Of a DNA stretch of 64,000 bases, positions 14,126 through 29,518 are shown in pieces. Under the pieces are notes generated by a model. That model saw only the letters and a program-made list of their open reading frames with translations. It was not told where the DNA came from and did no database searches. Every line of letters starts with the position of its first letter. Position 1 is the stretch's first letter. Position numbers and translations under genes: made by a program. Source of the stretch: the human T2T-CHM13v2.0 reference genome, Homo sapiens; NCBI RefSeq assembly GCF_009914755.1, contig NC_060936.1; one strand, written 5' to 3'.

Positions 14126-15851
14126 ATACTGCTGAAATAAATCACAGATTATACAAACAAATAGAATAACATTCCATGCTCATAGATTGCAAGGATCAAT
14201 ATTGTTAAAATGATCGTATTGGTCAAAGCAATCTACAGATTCAGCACTATTCCTTTCAAACTACCAAGGTCATTTTTCACAGAATTAGAAAAAACTATTT
14301 TGAAATTCATATGGAACCAAAAAAAGATCCCAAATAGCCAAGCAATTCTAAGCCAAAAGAACAAAGCTGGAGACATCACGGTATATGACTTTAAACTGTA
14401 ATATAAGGCTACAGTAATCAAAACATCATGGCACTGGTACAAAAACAGACACATAGTCTGATGGAACAGAATACAGAACCCAGAAATAAAGCTGCACACC
14501 TACAACCATCTGATCTTCAACAAAATCAATGAAAATAAGCAATGGGGAAAGGACTCTCTGTTCAATAAATGGTGCTGGAATAACTGGCTAGCCATATGCA
14601 GAAGATTGAAACTGGACCCTACCTCTCACCATATACAAAAATTAACTGAAGATCGATTAAAAGTTTAAATGTAAAACCTCAAATGATAAGATTCATAGGA
14701 GAAAACCTAGGAAACACCATTCTGGGCATTGTCCTCAGGAAACAATTTATGAGTAAGTCCTCAAAAGCAGATGCAACAAAAACAAAAATTGACAAGTGGG
14801 ACTTTTAATTAAACCAAAAACTTCCACACAGCAAAGGAAACTATCAACAGAGTGAACAGACAACTTACAGAATGGGAGGTAATTTTCATAAACTATGCAT
14901 CTGACAAAAGTCTAATATTCAGAATCTATAAGAAGCTTAACCAATTCAACAGGTGAAAATCAAGTAATCCTATTAAAAAGTGGGCAAAAGACATGAACAG
15001 ACACTTCTCAAAAGAAGACGTCCAACCATCCAACAAATATATGAAAAAAATGCTCAACATCACTATCATCAAAGAATGCATATCAAAACCACAATGAGAT
15101 ATCATGTCACACAAGTCAGAATGGTTATTATTAAAAAGTCAAAAAACAACAGATATTGGTGAGCCTTCAGAGAAAAGTGTGTAAGTGTATAGCAGCTTGT
15201 ACACTGTTAGTGGGAATGTAGATAAATTTAGTCCCTGTGGAAAGCAGTTTGGAGATTTATCAAAACACTTAAAATAGAACTACCATTCAACCTAACAATC
15301 TCATTACTGGGTATATATTCAAAAGAAAATAAATCACTCTACCAAAAAGATACATGCACTTGTATGTTTATGTCAGTGCTATTCACAATAGCAAAAACAT
15401 GGCATCAATTTAGGTGTCCGTTAATGGCGGACTGGATGAAGTAAATGTTGTACATATAAATAATGTAATACTATGCAGCCATACAAAAGAATGAAATAGT
15501 GTCCTTTGTGGCAACATGGATGCAGGTGGAGGCCATTATTCTAAGTGAATTAACACAGAAACAGGAAAACAAGTATTGCACCTTCTCACTTATAAATGGG
15601 AGCTAAACATAGGTACTCTGGACATGAAGATGGGAACAATAGAGACTAGGGACTACTATGGGGGTGGGGAGATAGGGGACAATGGTTCAAAAACTAGTGG
15701 GTACTATACTCACTACCTGGGTAATAGGATTGATCATACCCCACACCTCAGCATCATGTAATATACCCATATAACAAACCTACACATGTAACCCCTGATT
15801 CTAAAATAAAAGTTGAAATTAAAAATAACAAAAAAATAAAAATAATGAAAG
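14126..15851 (+). mobile_element. 5'-truncated L1 (L1PB or late-L1PA-like) with perfect 16-bp TSD
   Basis: ORF2 C-terminal remnants, 3' UTR and A-rich tail. TSD aagatgttactgtttc at 14110-14125 and 15852-15867. Confidence 0.95.
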
Positions 15852-18826
15852 AAGATGTTACTGTTTCGAGTGAAGTTTTATGCCAATAATGTGTAGAAGC
15901 TATGGAAAGACTTACAGGTCTCAATTTCAGCAGCTGATTGAGAATTTTATTTTTGTAAGGGAAGAATATTGAGTACATATATTTAATGATATTAACATAA
16001 GAATGACCTTACACTTTTTCTAAATCAAGGAAAGCTGTGAATAGGTGGGCTTACTTACTGAGAATCCAGAAAGGTAGAGGCCTTGATCTTGATATGCTCA
16101 TGTTGTTGAGCACATAAATGGGACCGCTGATCAAACCGTCTTGTTGTTAGAACTCAGTCTAATACTGTATAGCTATATGGTTCAGTGGCCAATATTCAAT
16201 CCTTCTCACAAAATTTATAATTGCATTTCATTTGGTAATTATGACATAAACATTGCCATTTGCTCTCCACTCTATAATTAAGTAGTATCTTTAGAGTATC
16301 TTGGTAAAAATCATGTAATTCGTATGCATGGGCTATAATATAAAGCGGATACAAGTACTCGTCTTAAAAATTTTTTTTTTAAAGAGTGGGTCCATTAGTT
16401 AACTTACTTTATTTTAAAAAAAGTTGTGACTATATATTTTTGTGTGTCTTTGAAAGATAGCCAGATGTATTAGGCAACTTATTATACTTGCCAGCTTTGG
16501 TCATCTCAACATTGTGAACTCAAATTTTAGACCAATTATTTGGCTCAGTTCTTTTCAAGATATTACAGATTATGAGGATTTACAATTACAAAACATAGAA
16601 AACTTTTTGTGTTTGAGTGCTCATCATGTCCAAAGACAATATTTCACTTTGCTAAAATTAAATCCAATTAGGTGAATGAGATCATTACAAATTCTCTTTA
16701 TACATAAAATGTGCAACTGTGGAAGGAAGAAAAAGAAAAGATAGTTAAATTTGCTTTACCTTGTTTCTAACTTTATATTGTGTGATTAGATACAGGCAGC
16801 AATACAACGAACGTTTTCTGGAAAATACGTTTTAAAAAAACAAATGTCTTAAATTAGAGACAATGAAAAATAGCTTATTCACTACGAGTATCTTAGTCAA
16901 AAGCTTTGTGAACTTCAGAAGGAAAGCGTAAGACTATACTTCCTTCATTCTTCCTGAGAAAAATAATTCTCACGGGAAGCGTCCTACTATGACTCATTTA
17001 CAGTTTTGCATCTGTAAGAAAAATAGAAGAAGCTGACGCAGAAATCAGGATTTAATGAGTAAAATAAACTTATATTATGGGTTTGTGTGATATTTCCTTC
17101 AGTATGATGAATAATTTGTCATTTCTAGATTCAGTGAGTAACAAGTTCACCCTTCACCCCTCTCACCAGGCTGTTTTGTTAAAGGCATCTGGCCAAATAA
17201 GATCAGGCTGTTGCTTCAAAATTATGAAGTACAAAGTATTTCTTTTAGACTTCACAAGTAGAACACTTCTATTTAAGTAAATTGTTTACCTTGTATTTGT
17301 TTGATATATATTACTATAACACAAACTCTTGAGATACTCTCACTTTTTAAAGTATAGTATAATGCATAATATATAAATTTGTATATTTATAAATAAGTCC
17401 AAGTAACAAATGAAGCCAATGAACATATTCCAAAAAACCAATGGTCACTGGCTGGAAATTTTTCTTTCTCAAATATGATCTAAAGCTGCGGTAAGATAGA
17501 CTTCACATATAAATATTACACCTTTCCAGGATCATTTTCCAATGTCTTTGAACAGGGGAGCTCTCTCGCAGCCACATTGAGCTGTACTTTGAATTTCTTG
17601 CTTTGATGCACTCCTGATTTTATTGCTGCTTAAAGGCAAAGTTTGGGTTTTATTTATTTTAAAAGCATTAGAGAAATATTTGCAGAATGACTGGATTTAT
17701 AATAAAGGTTTCTAACAAACAGATCAGTTAATAAACCAAGAGAACAGCACGCTTATAGCTTTTCAAAAACTTCAGTGGTTTTTCACACAAGGACAATCAG
17801 GTTTAAAATACAAGCCACTGTTCTGCTGGATTTCAACAAATGCAACATTAGAAACTTGTTTAAATATGCATTACCAAATGAAAGCCAAAAAGATATAGGC
17901 TGGGATTTTATAGAGCCAAAATAAGCAATTAAAACGGGAAGAATTCGGTCTATACACATGTGGCCTACATTATGACAAGCAATTGTTGGACCAGGTTTTT
18001 TAACTAAATTGATATTGGGGCTCAGCTCACTTGGAGAAGCTTTCCTTTGGCCAGCCCAGACTTCACATTAACTTTTCAAGTCCTTCCTGGCCTCCGGAGC
18101 GCCATTCAAGTTAGATTTTTATGAAGTCTTTCTTGACTAATTGAACTTACCTTGATTTCTTCTCATCAATAAACTACCAGTATCATGCATTTATTATTTC
18201 TCAGTACACTGTCGCATTAGTTTCAAGGTGTGTGCCTTTGTGTGTGTGCATGCACATGCGTGCGTGTTTCCGTGAACATACAAATCTTGTCTCCCATGCA
18301 AGAGTTTGCATTTCTCAATGCAGACAGTACGGCCCATGCCTTTGTGTTTCCCATGGTGCCTTGTGTAGAACATGTTATTAAGCATGAAATGGTTCCACTG
18401 TAAAACTCCAGGCTGCTGAGGCCAAAGGGGGTGCACAGGAAGTATACTAGAGTCCATGTTTTTGCCTACTAGGGGATTCGTTTTCAACTTGGACCTAAGC
18501 TGGAATTTATTCTCCCAGCCAAAAAGCAGTAGAATATACACCGGCTCCTTGCAACGGCGACGGCTCTGGCAGAACACAGAAGCGGCAGACAAACAGCACT
18601 CAGAGAAGACAGAAAGTTGCCGGGCTGCTCAAATAGAGACAGAAGCCAGTCCCTGTATAATAAATACTAGCAGTAGCCATTTAGTCGACAGCAAGGAGTG
18701 AAACAGCCTTCATATTTAACTACGTACAGTTTATGAAGACTCTATATTAAAATCTGAAAAGCAACTGTAGATATAAACAGATTTTTTTCTACTATTAGTA
18801 ACATGGAATTTGATATAAAGAAATAA

Positions 18827-20436
<1,610 letters not shown>

Positions 20437-21017
20437 GGCCATTCTTATTTAATACTTTTTCTTATGGAACCTTCAGTTAAAAAAAACTCTCTGGGTATCA
20501 ATAATAATAAAAATCTGATTCTGGTAATTTGTCAGCATGATTCTGGCCTCTCTTTGGAACTTACCAGGCAGCATTCTTTATAGAAGATTGCTTCAAAAAA
20601 AACTTATTCTTACATAATACAACACACTAACACTTGGCTGGCAAACATGATTGTTCAATAAATACCTGTTGATTTGTTTAACAACTCCAAATATCATGAA
20701 GAGAAGAGTTTCTTCTTTTGAGCTCATCTCTAAAATAAAACAGGATAAGGCTACCCAATAATCTGTATATATTTAAAAGAAAAAGGCAGGATGACGTTGG
20801 AAGCTTGATAACCTTAGAATTCATAGCAAAACAGTTGGCTGTTAATAAGCCTTACAGGGTGACATTTACCTTGGTCAGTTTACCTAGGCTCAGAGTTTGA
20901 CATCCCAGCCAAAATAATCTTGTCAGTCACCCAGAGTTTGTGAATGTCAGGGAGGCTAAACTGCATTTTCTAAATGCATAAGAGGCTGAAAAATGCCAAC
21001 CTTGTTAATTTACTATG

Positions 21018-21730
21018 TTATAATTTAGGATTCTTAATCGCAAGTGAGAAAAATCCCAATGTCAAGCTGGCTTAAACACAAAGGGAATTTATTGATTGAA
21101 ATGACCAATAAACTTTGGAAGTTTGGCTGGCTTGATGTTGAGGCTCAAACAATTACCTGGTTCTTCATCTTGGGTTAATTTTCCCCCACATATTGAATTC
21201 ATTTTCAGACATGATCTCTTTTCTTAATTAAAAACTGACCACTGCAGTTCTAGATTTCACATTTAGTGTGGAAGGAATAGCCTCTCTTTCCTAACTGTTT
21301 TGGATCTTGTTGTGATGGCCCCCACGGGGTCACATACCCATACATGAACCAATCACCAGGGCAGGGAGATGGGTTGTGGGTGAAACATAGCTAAGGCAAG
21401 TGTCAACATGGTAGATAATGGGCTAGTGTCACTAAGAAGGGCAAGCAGATGCCAAAGGGCTGGAATATGTCATCTCCTCTCACACAGGGAAGGGTAAAAA
21501 GGACTTGGGAAAAGCCATACAATCTACCATGCTACTCACTGTTCAAGTACATTAAAGAAATTATGTTGCCATATATTGTTTTATACTGCCTTATTTATGT
21601 GATTCACGTTAGCCAGTCCTGAAGCCGAAAGTGAGGTCAACCTACCTTGATAGTGTGGGCTGAGTGGAGAGATTAATTATCCAACAAAGGAAATGCCATG
21701 TGTTATTTGCAAGTAAGAAAGATACTGGGG
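21018..21730. mobile_element. Old MLT1-type LTR interrupted by a duplicated segment
   Basis: ctggcttaaacacaaagggaatttattg...ggtcacatacccatacatgaaccaatcac. Highly degenerate. Confidence 0.5.
21385..21602 (+). repeat. Direct repeat copy 1 (~215 bp; partner 22639-22847)
   Basis: Shared blocks aaggcaagtgtcaac, agaagggcaagcagatgccaaagggctgg and caatctaccatgctactcactgt. Roughly 80% identical. Confidence 0.9.
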
Positions 21731-22414
21731 GTTTTGGAGAGGGGTGAGGAGAAGAGCAATTCTATTATGCAACGAGATCTACAACTGAATAAGCTATTCA
21801 CTTTAGCCTGACCAGTGTATTTTTCCCCTAAGCAAGCTAGAAATGCAGAGATAAATTGACAGATTTTTTTCTCTTTTTGGTAGACAATTAGATTGAAGGA
21901 AAGGTGTTGTAAGATTCAAATATTATGTAGCAGCAACCGATTGTATTTTTCTTCACAATAATTATGCATCTGTTAAGTGATCTGGGCATTAGCTTGCTGG
22001 GGGCCTCATTGCAACCCTGTATGTATCTTCCACAGCAGTAGTATGATGACAATGATAGCTGGGTTAAGCAAACTCGGTTTTAAATTTGAGACAGCCAGTT
22101 TCCAACACAGATTACTTTTAAAACTCCAATGTAGCACTTGCATGTTTGTATGTTAGACATCAGTGAACTGTATAGACTGGCACATTTTCTAACATGGCCC
22201 TCAATTACTTGTCTTTCTCTTCCATTTGCTTGAAAATGCTCATAGTTAAGTGTATGACTTTAGGAAAATCACTTAACCTTTCTGGATCTCAGATTTATCC
22301 AGTGCAAATGAAATAATGTAAATTCCAGGCATCCTTTTCATATTCTCCATCACACTTTCTCAATAAAGGAGGTCATTTAAAGTGCCTCTCTTATTTTATG
22401 TATTCTGTATATTC

Positions 22415-22780
22415 ATATTGTACTTTTGCTGAGTTATGTGGTATCACATAAACCTCAAATCTCAGTGGCTTTGAAAACCAGGTTTATTTCTCATTCATGA
22501 TGCATGTCAGCTGAGGCTCTGCTCCATATCATTTCCATTCAAGAACAAGGCCAGAGGAACAGTTTCTACCCAGGAAATGTCAGTTTGATGGCAGACAGAA
22601 GGATAATGATGACATGGGATAATTGACCAAAGCAAATCACATAGCCAAGGCAAGTGTCAACGTGGTAGGAAGTGAGCTAGTGTCACGGAGAAGGGCAAGC
22701 AGATGCCAAAGGGCTGGGGTATGTCATCCTCTCACAGGGAAGTATAGGGACAGCTTGGGGAAAACAATGCAATCTACCAT
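22415..22780 (-). mobile_element. Old MLT1 (J/K-like) LTR
   Basis: aaatctcagtggctt...gtttatttctcattcatg...ggctctgctcc...gaccaaagcaaatcacatagccaag...caatctacca. Confidence 0.7.
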
Positions 22781-22847
22781 GCTACTCACTGTCATAATTA
22801 AATTATTATGTTGCTATATATTATTTTATATTACCTTACTTATGTGA
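22639..22847 (+). repeat. Direct repeat copy 2 (LTR end plus flank)
   Basis: Same shared blocks as the copy at 21385-21602. Confidence 0.9.
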
Positions 22848-23298
22848 AATCATATGACATTTGAAAATACATTGTACCATTTTAGGGTGCTATATTTATA
22901 GTAGCCCCAGCGGGGTAGCTAAGAATATGAATCCACTTTGAGAAAAAACAATGTCAATGAGAACCAAATTTTTTCAATGCAAACTAATCATCGGTTGTGG
23001 TTCTTTGCAATTCGGTAGATGTAGGGATGATAATGAAACCTACAGAGAGGGGAAAAAAATGGGAACCCTAGGTTTGGGACTTTCCCTTTACTTTGACTTC
23101 TGATTAGCTTTTCAAATTCTGAACTTGGGTGGCACAAATCATTAACCCTCAACAAACTGAGTATCAAATATTCACCAAGTAAATAACTTAGTGAATTTAG
23201 CACAAGTAAGTAATATATGAAAATGCAGTATGGATGGGGCGGGCCTTGAGATTCTCTTTCTTCTGAAGGGTTACTGTGATGTCCAAGCCAGTCTAATG

Positions 23299-23471
23299 CA
23301 GTAGTTCTTGAAGTGTGATCCTGGAGCCAGCAGAATTAGCAGTTCCAGGGAATTTGTGAGAAATACAAATTTCCAGGCTTACCTTTGACCTAGCGAATCA
23401 GAAACTCTGGGGCTGAGCCTAGCCAACTCCTCCAGTGGATTCTGAAATGCATGATAGTTTGGAAACCACTG
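23299..23471. mobile_element. MER5A (hAT-Charlie)
   Basis: cagtagttcttgaagtgtgatcc...gaatcagaaactctgggg...agtttggaaaccactg, with terminal inverted repeats. Confidence 0.85.
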
Positions 23472-26012
23472 GCCTAAGGAGTGCTCTTAAGTTTCTGATA
23501 CTTTAAGCCCCTCTGGGTGGGAGCTCTATTTCTATGGGGCTAATGCCCATCAGCACCTTTTCCTTTCAACAAGCAGAATCCAGATTTGTTTATAATCTCC
23601 ATCCAAAACAACGTATCTTACACAGCCCAGTGTTATAAAACCTCAGCTAGGTCGTTGACATGGATTAGTGTGAGAAATATTTCTATATCACCACATATTT
23701 GCTTTAAAAATATGTTTTAGCTAGTTGCCTCAGTATGCCACTTTGACCAATGTTATATGATCTTGAAATAAAAAACCTTGTCCTATTTTAGGGTTCTACT
23801 TTGCCAGAAATATTTATGGCTTTCCCAGCTTTGCCAGGATAGGAAAGCTGCAGGGGTTTGGTTTATAGCAAGCCGACTTGTGTAGGTCAAGAAGGCCTGT
23901 GGAAAAATCTGAACTGTGACTCTTTCCCAAACCAAATTCAGGCCATGGTCCAAGGAGAGAGAAATAAACACTCAGGTGAAGAATTGTTCATTTCTTCTAC
24001 AATATTTTGACGATCTTTCCTGAGAAGGCTCAATTTGAGATCGGATAAATATGATTAAAAATAAAGTTTTAGTGAGAATTGGTGAGTTTACATTTTAGCT
24101 GGATAATAGTTTACTTCTAGTCAATCTGAAATATTCAAATCATTTTAGGGTAACACCTATGTAGGAATCTATAGTTTTTTAGTTACTTTAGTACAGATAT
24201 AAACTGAACCTACCAAGTCACCGTTGTTATTTAGATAAGTGTGTCTAAATATAATTTGGGCATTTTTGTACATTTATTAATAAAAATGTCTTTTATCTAT
24301 TTTTAGTCCATGTTATTTTTACCATAAAAGGACGACTTCTACATCTGAGCATTTTAAGCTGTGTTTTATTCTTCTTTGAGTGTTTACTATTGATGTAGTT
24401 AGATGTACGCCCGAAGTTTTTGCCTAGTTATTGTAATATTTTCCCAAATATCTTCCATCAGAAGAAGGTACTGACCTGGGGCAGGACGTAAAAATATGGT
24501 GACATATTAATAATTAACATGGAAGTGGAAAAAGGGACAAAGGATACCTTTTGAAGTTCGTATTCACAATCTGACTTTCCAAGGGCACTTTATTCAGGGC
24601 ATAGATGGATATGGTGCTACAGTTACAGAACATGAGTCAAAATAGTGCTAACTGTAAAGAACATATTTCCTAACAACTGCCATAGCTGCTGAAGTATCTT
24701 ATGGTATCTCTTTCTGTCTTCCTTAGTTACTGCTCATGCTTATCACATGACCCTGCTCACATCTCTGTGTGCTGACACCCCCCGCATTACAGGATAGCCT
24801 CATCTTCATTTCAGTTCAATGGTACTTATGGTGAGATAAGAAGAAATGCATTCTCCATATTAGATTAAACTGTACAGACTTGTTCCTTCTTTTCCAGAGT
24901 GGCACTCTTTTCTTCCCATTTGACTTACTGGTTTAGACTCTTACAGCCTCCTTTTCCCCAAAAACTATGGTATTGATTTCCTGAGGGCTCTTTTAGATGA
25001 CAACTTGTGTGACATATTTTGTTTCTTTCTTCACCTGTTACTTCCAATGTGTCCAAGCCCAAATTCATAAAAAATCTTATCACGTATGAACTCCTTTTCC
25101 AACTTACGTAATGCCTGAGAGGTAAAGATGTGACCCTTTTTGACAAAATGCTTTAAAACGTTAAGGACCAGTATATTCTGCTATTGCTATTCTCATGAAA
25201 ATGATTAGGACTTTCAAAAATACAATCCTGGCCAACCTTCCTAAATGTAGCTAGAGATAACTATATTTGTACTATATTTAGGCCCTTCCCCTACTGTGAC
25301 TTTGAGAACATATAAAAATAAAGATTTTGTTTAAAAAATAGCATTTCAAATGCTATTTTCAACAGTCATTATCTAAGTTGGCCTCTCTAGGGCTGAGAGA
25401 AAGTCAAGCCTAAGTTATCTCTGGAAATGGAGGGGTCCCAGAGTTGTGCCACGAGAGCCTCTTACTTAACAATTGGTATGCAAAATACCATGTCAGGGAG
25501 AAGCAAAGTGATTAAAGTGCAGAAGCCTAAATAATAAAATCAACACTTGAGACAGTAGATAAGACATTTTATTGAATGGAGCACTCCAGTGAGGAAGGAG
25601 CCAAAAACCACTGGTTGGAGACTGGGATATGCAGTGTTGTGTAGACTGATGGGTCACAGAGAGGTTCTGAAGCACACAGAGAGGTATACAAGTGTACAGT
25701 GTTCTTATGCACAAGACAAGGAGCACAGTTTTTAAAGTAAAAGCTGTTCCAGACTTACATAAGCACTATGTCACTTTACTTTGCATTACTGGGGTCTGGG
25801 AGCTTCCTTAGAAGCTCCCTGTAGACAAGGAGGCACAAGTGTTTGCAGAAAGGGTTGTAGGCATTTACAGGGAAAGTGAGGGCTGATGATGGGAGCACTA
25901 CCGTCATCCGCTACAGTCCACCTGCTGGATCATCCAGATCCATTCACGCCCTGCTTTAAGTTAATCTGCTCTGTTACTCATTCTACAAAGGGATACCCAG
26001 TCCCCACCCACT

Positions 26013-26061
26013 TCACACACACACACACACACACTCACACGCACACACACACACACACACA
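26013..26061. repeat. Interrupted (CA)n microsatellite
   Basis: Read directly. Confidence 0.95.
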
Positions 26062-26282
26062 ATTTCTAAGACAAATAGAAATATCGCCTATAGGTGATAT
26101 TTCTCAGCTTCCTCTTCTGCCCCCACTCTAGAGTCTCTTCACCTTTACTCTCAGCCAGGACTTCTATTGGCCTAAGTCATTGGCCTAGTTGGGTAACACA
26201 GACCTAGATCCATGAAACCTCTGGATTCTAACTTGCCCTGTTCTTATCAGATTATTCCTTGGGATGGAAGCACCAAGGGGTA

Positions 26283-26684
26283 TGTATTAGTCTGTCCTCA
26301 CATTGCTTTAAAGAAATACTTGGGACTGGGACATTTATAAAGAAGAGAGGTTTAATTGGCTCATGGTTTTGCAGACTGTACAAGAAGCAGAGCAGCTTTT
26401 ACTTCTGGGGAGGCCTTAGGAAGCTTCCAATCATGGCAGAAGGCACAGGGGGAGTGAGGCATCTCACACGGTGGAAGCAGGAGCAAGACAGAGTGAGGGG
26501 AGGTGCTACACACGTTTAAGTAACCAGATCTCATGAGAACTCTATCAGGAGAACAGATGGTGATAAACTATTTATGAAGGATCTGACCCCATGATCCATC
26601 ACGTCCCACCAGGCCCCATCTCCAACACTGATGATTACAGTTTGACATGAGATTTGGGTGGGGACATAGATCCAAACCACAGTA
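26283..26684 (-). mobile_element. MST-family MaLR solo LTR
   Basis: tgtattagtc...agaggtttaattggctcatgg...gagatttgggtggggac. 5-bp TSD gggta/gggca. Confidence 0.9.
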
Positions 26685-29388
26685 GGGCACCTCCATGAAT
26701 TATCTGAGTTTCAGTCATATTTTCCCTATCTTGATTGTGCAGCAGTAACCCTATCTGGTCATGAAAATCAGTATAGTAACTCCTTTGCTTGCTAGTCTAC
26801 TGGCACGTGATGCCCAATATGTTTAGGCAACATCCAAAGTTTTGGGTATAGTGAAACGCTGTGTTCCTAGGTGAAAGATCTGCCCCAAGCACCCTCTCCT
26901 CCCAATTGTCTGAAGCTGTATGAGGTCATTTTATATTCTGTCAGGCTATCTATCATCTTCTGGACTGCCACAATGTGTGTGAGCCAAGTACTCTCAGCAG
27001 CCAGAAGGCCCTGAGCAGAGACCAGAAATAGGATGTCACTGGTGTGTATGGCCTAGGGAATACAGGAAGGGAACCGATAGCATCTGCTACAGTGATATTA
27101 TAAAATATTTGTTATAAAAGGAGGCATTCAATATGAGGCTGATAACCACCAATCTATACTATGAACTATACATTTATGTTATGTAATTTCATCTTGATAG
27201 CTGGACTCTTGATTTTATCACTCGAAGTAACCTCTTATATTATCATTTAAACACCAGAAGTTTTTACATAAGGAAGGATTGAGGACAGAGAAAAGGTATA
27301 AAACAAATGTAACCTTGTGTCCTCCCAATTTTCAGGACCTTTTAACCGAGGATAGAAAAAGACATTGTAAATGTGAGCAGGACTTGAAATACTCAGTTGC
27401 TGAGCACCACATGTGAGTTTTCCACAATCAGGTGGTAACAGAGAGTAGTCTGTTCAGATCCCACTTAGTTCTAGTGCTTGGGTGCAAAAGAGAACTGAAT
27501 TTAGCCTAGCTGTCGGCCCAAATATATTGGTTAAATTATTGCCATTTTCATTTAGAGGCAGCTGAGAAAATATACGCCAATTACTCCCAGTGACCACTGG
27601 ACTCAAGATGTCTTTTCATTCATTAATTATTAAGGATTGGACTTTTGTAAGAGTAGGTGATGGTGTGCGCTCCCTCTCTCTCTCTGTCATTTAACACCTC
27701 CTTCACAGGGGTGTTATGCGGATTTCTGCCTGTGTGGTAACGAGGTTCAGTAGCCTGCTTGGAATTTCCCAGTGGACAAGGTGTTATAAAATTTCAAAAT
27801 AAAAAATATACGACTACTAATAAGGATGTTGATCTTGAAATGCAATATGAAAACCAGAGACTGGAAATTTAAAATTTGTAATGAAATGCTCTAAAGCTGT
27901 GATCTCTTCTGACCTTGGGAGTTCAGCAGGGGTGGGCCCAGGAAAGACTTGGATGGAGGATGCTGCAGGATGTGGTGGCGGTGATTCAGTAGGTGGCCCT
28001 CTTCCATCCCAGGGTGGTGCTGAGCCAACTTCAGCCTGGGTTATGGAGCACTGAGCTACAGGAGAACCATCTATTGGATGAGACGTATGACTGAGGTTCT
28101 GACCACTTCTGCTCATTAAAAATTCCAAGGCATTTTTATAAGGTTAAGGATGCATCCTTGTGTTCTACAATCTTGATCCAGTTGGGTAGGAATATTGACT
28201 TTTTAGTAAGGTCTAGAAGAAAGAAGATGTATGGAAATTTTAGTAGAATGATTAACATTTCTATGGGAGAAAATTCAGACAGCTTGGTTCAAAATTTTAT
28301 CGTGAACTCTTATTTTATAGAGCAGCAAAACAAAACACCTGTTCGAGTGACTTTCTTGTTGGGGTATAAATGTATTTGTAGATGAGAAATCCCTTTTTCT
28401 CAAATAAACCTATATGAGTAAATTTAAGGGAACTCTCCAATATTAATATGCAGTAATGAAATGACTTGTATGGGTTTCTTCTGGGCTTTTCTTCAGTCCC
28501 TTGAATAACTGATATTTGAGGTATGAAATTAGATAAGATACATGGTGAGTGATAATAATTATTTTAATTTAGAATAATCTGAGACCTTTCTCTGGCCCTT
28601 TTTAACTGTGTGTCACCCGTAACTTCCAGAACTCTTAATTATGTATTATCTATATCTTGTTATGTACTATATTAATTATAATAACAAAATCAGAACAATG
28701 CCAAATTAGCTCTCAATAGTAAATGGACTAAAATTTCTCATTGATGGACCTTTAGAAAGCAAAAAATAAAACAAACAAGAAATAAAATTTAAAAATCAAT
28801 GTAAAGATTTGGTCAGGAAGCGGAGACATTATCGGAGAAAACTCACATTCTTACCTATATTTTGGAGGTCCTCCCTTTTCTGGAATGGGAGAACCACATT
28901 TATTTCTTCCGTGCATCACTTACTGTTCTTACTGAGCTCAAAATGCCCTATTTCTAGATTTTGGCTAAAGGAACTCATTGAGCCTAAGCTCTGTATGTAA
29001 TTTGCCATTTCTGTGGAAAGTTACCATAGTTCTGTGGTTCCGGTAGAATGAAAAAAATGCCTTACAGTTTCAGGCAGAGAACAACTCAGATTAACTAGTA
29101 TGAGCACTTCCTTCTTAGTCACTGAATACAAGATATTGATTATACTGACAATCTCAGATGATGCTTCTTTTCTGAACTTCGTATTAGTGGGAGAGATAAT
29201 AAACATTAAGCATTTTGATTTTTGTATTTGAGTCTAAGTCTTTAAGTGTAAATAATAAGTATTTTTAGACACTGATTATTTCTTTTCTACAGGTTCTACA
29301 GGTAATTATTTTTTAAATACTGTATTTTAACACTTTTTCTCTACTCTCACAACATAGTTGTTTTGTGAAAGCCAACCAGACATTTCAT

Positions 29389-29518
29389 AGATATACCTAA
29401 TGCTAGATGACGAGTTAGTGGGTGCAGCGCACCAGCATGGCACATGTATACACATGTAACTAACCTGCACATTGTGCACATGTACCCTAAAACTTAAAGT
29501 ATAATAATAAAAAAAAAA
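29389..29518 (+). mobile_element. Young L1 3' end (L1PA2-like), about 130 bp
   Basis: aatgctagatgacgagttagtgggtgcagcgcaccagcatggc...aaaacttaaagtataataataaaaa. It carries GAG, not ACA or ACG, at the Ta-diagnostic position. Confidence 0.92.

Noticed and set aside
24322-24331. Isolated CArG box CCATAAAAGG and scattered MEF2-like motifs
   Set aside because: Expected by chance in AT-rich DNA, with no supporting cluster.
27817-28128. Pro-rich 103-aa minus-strand ORF in a locally GC-richer patch
   Set aside because: No recognisable homology, splice structure or retrocopy hallmarks.
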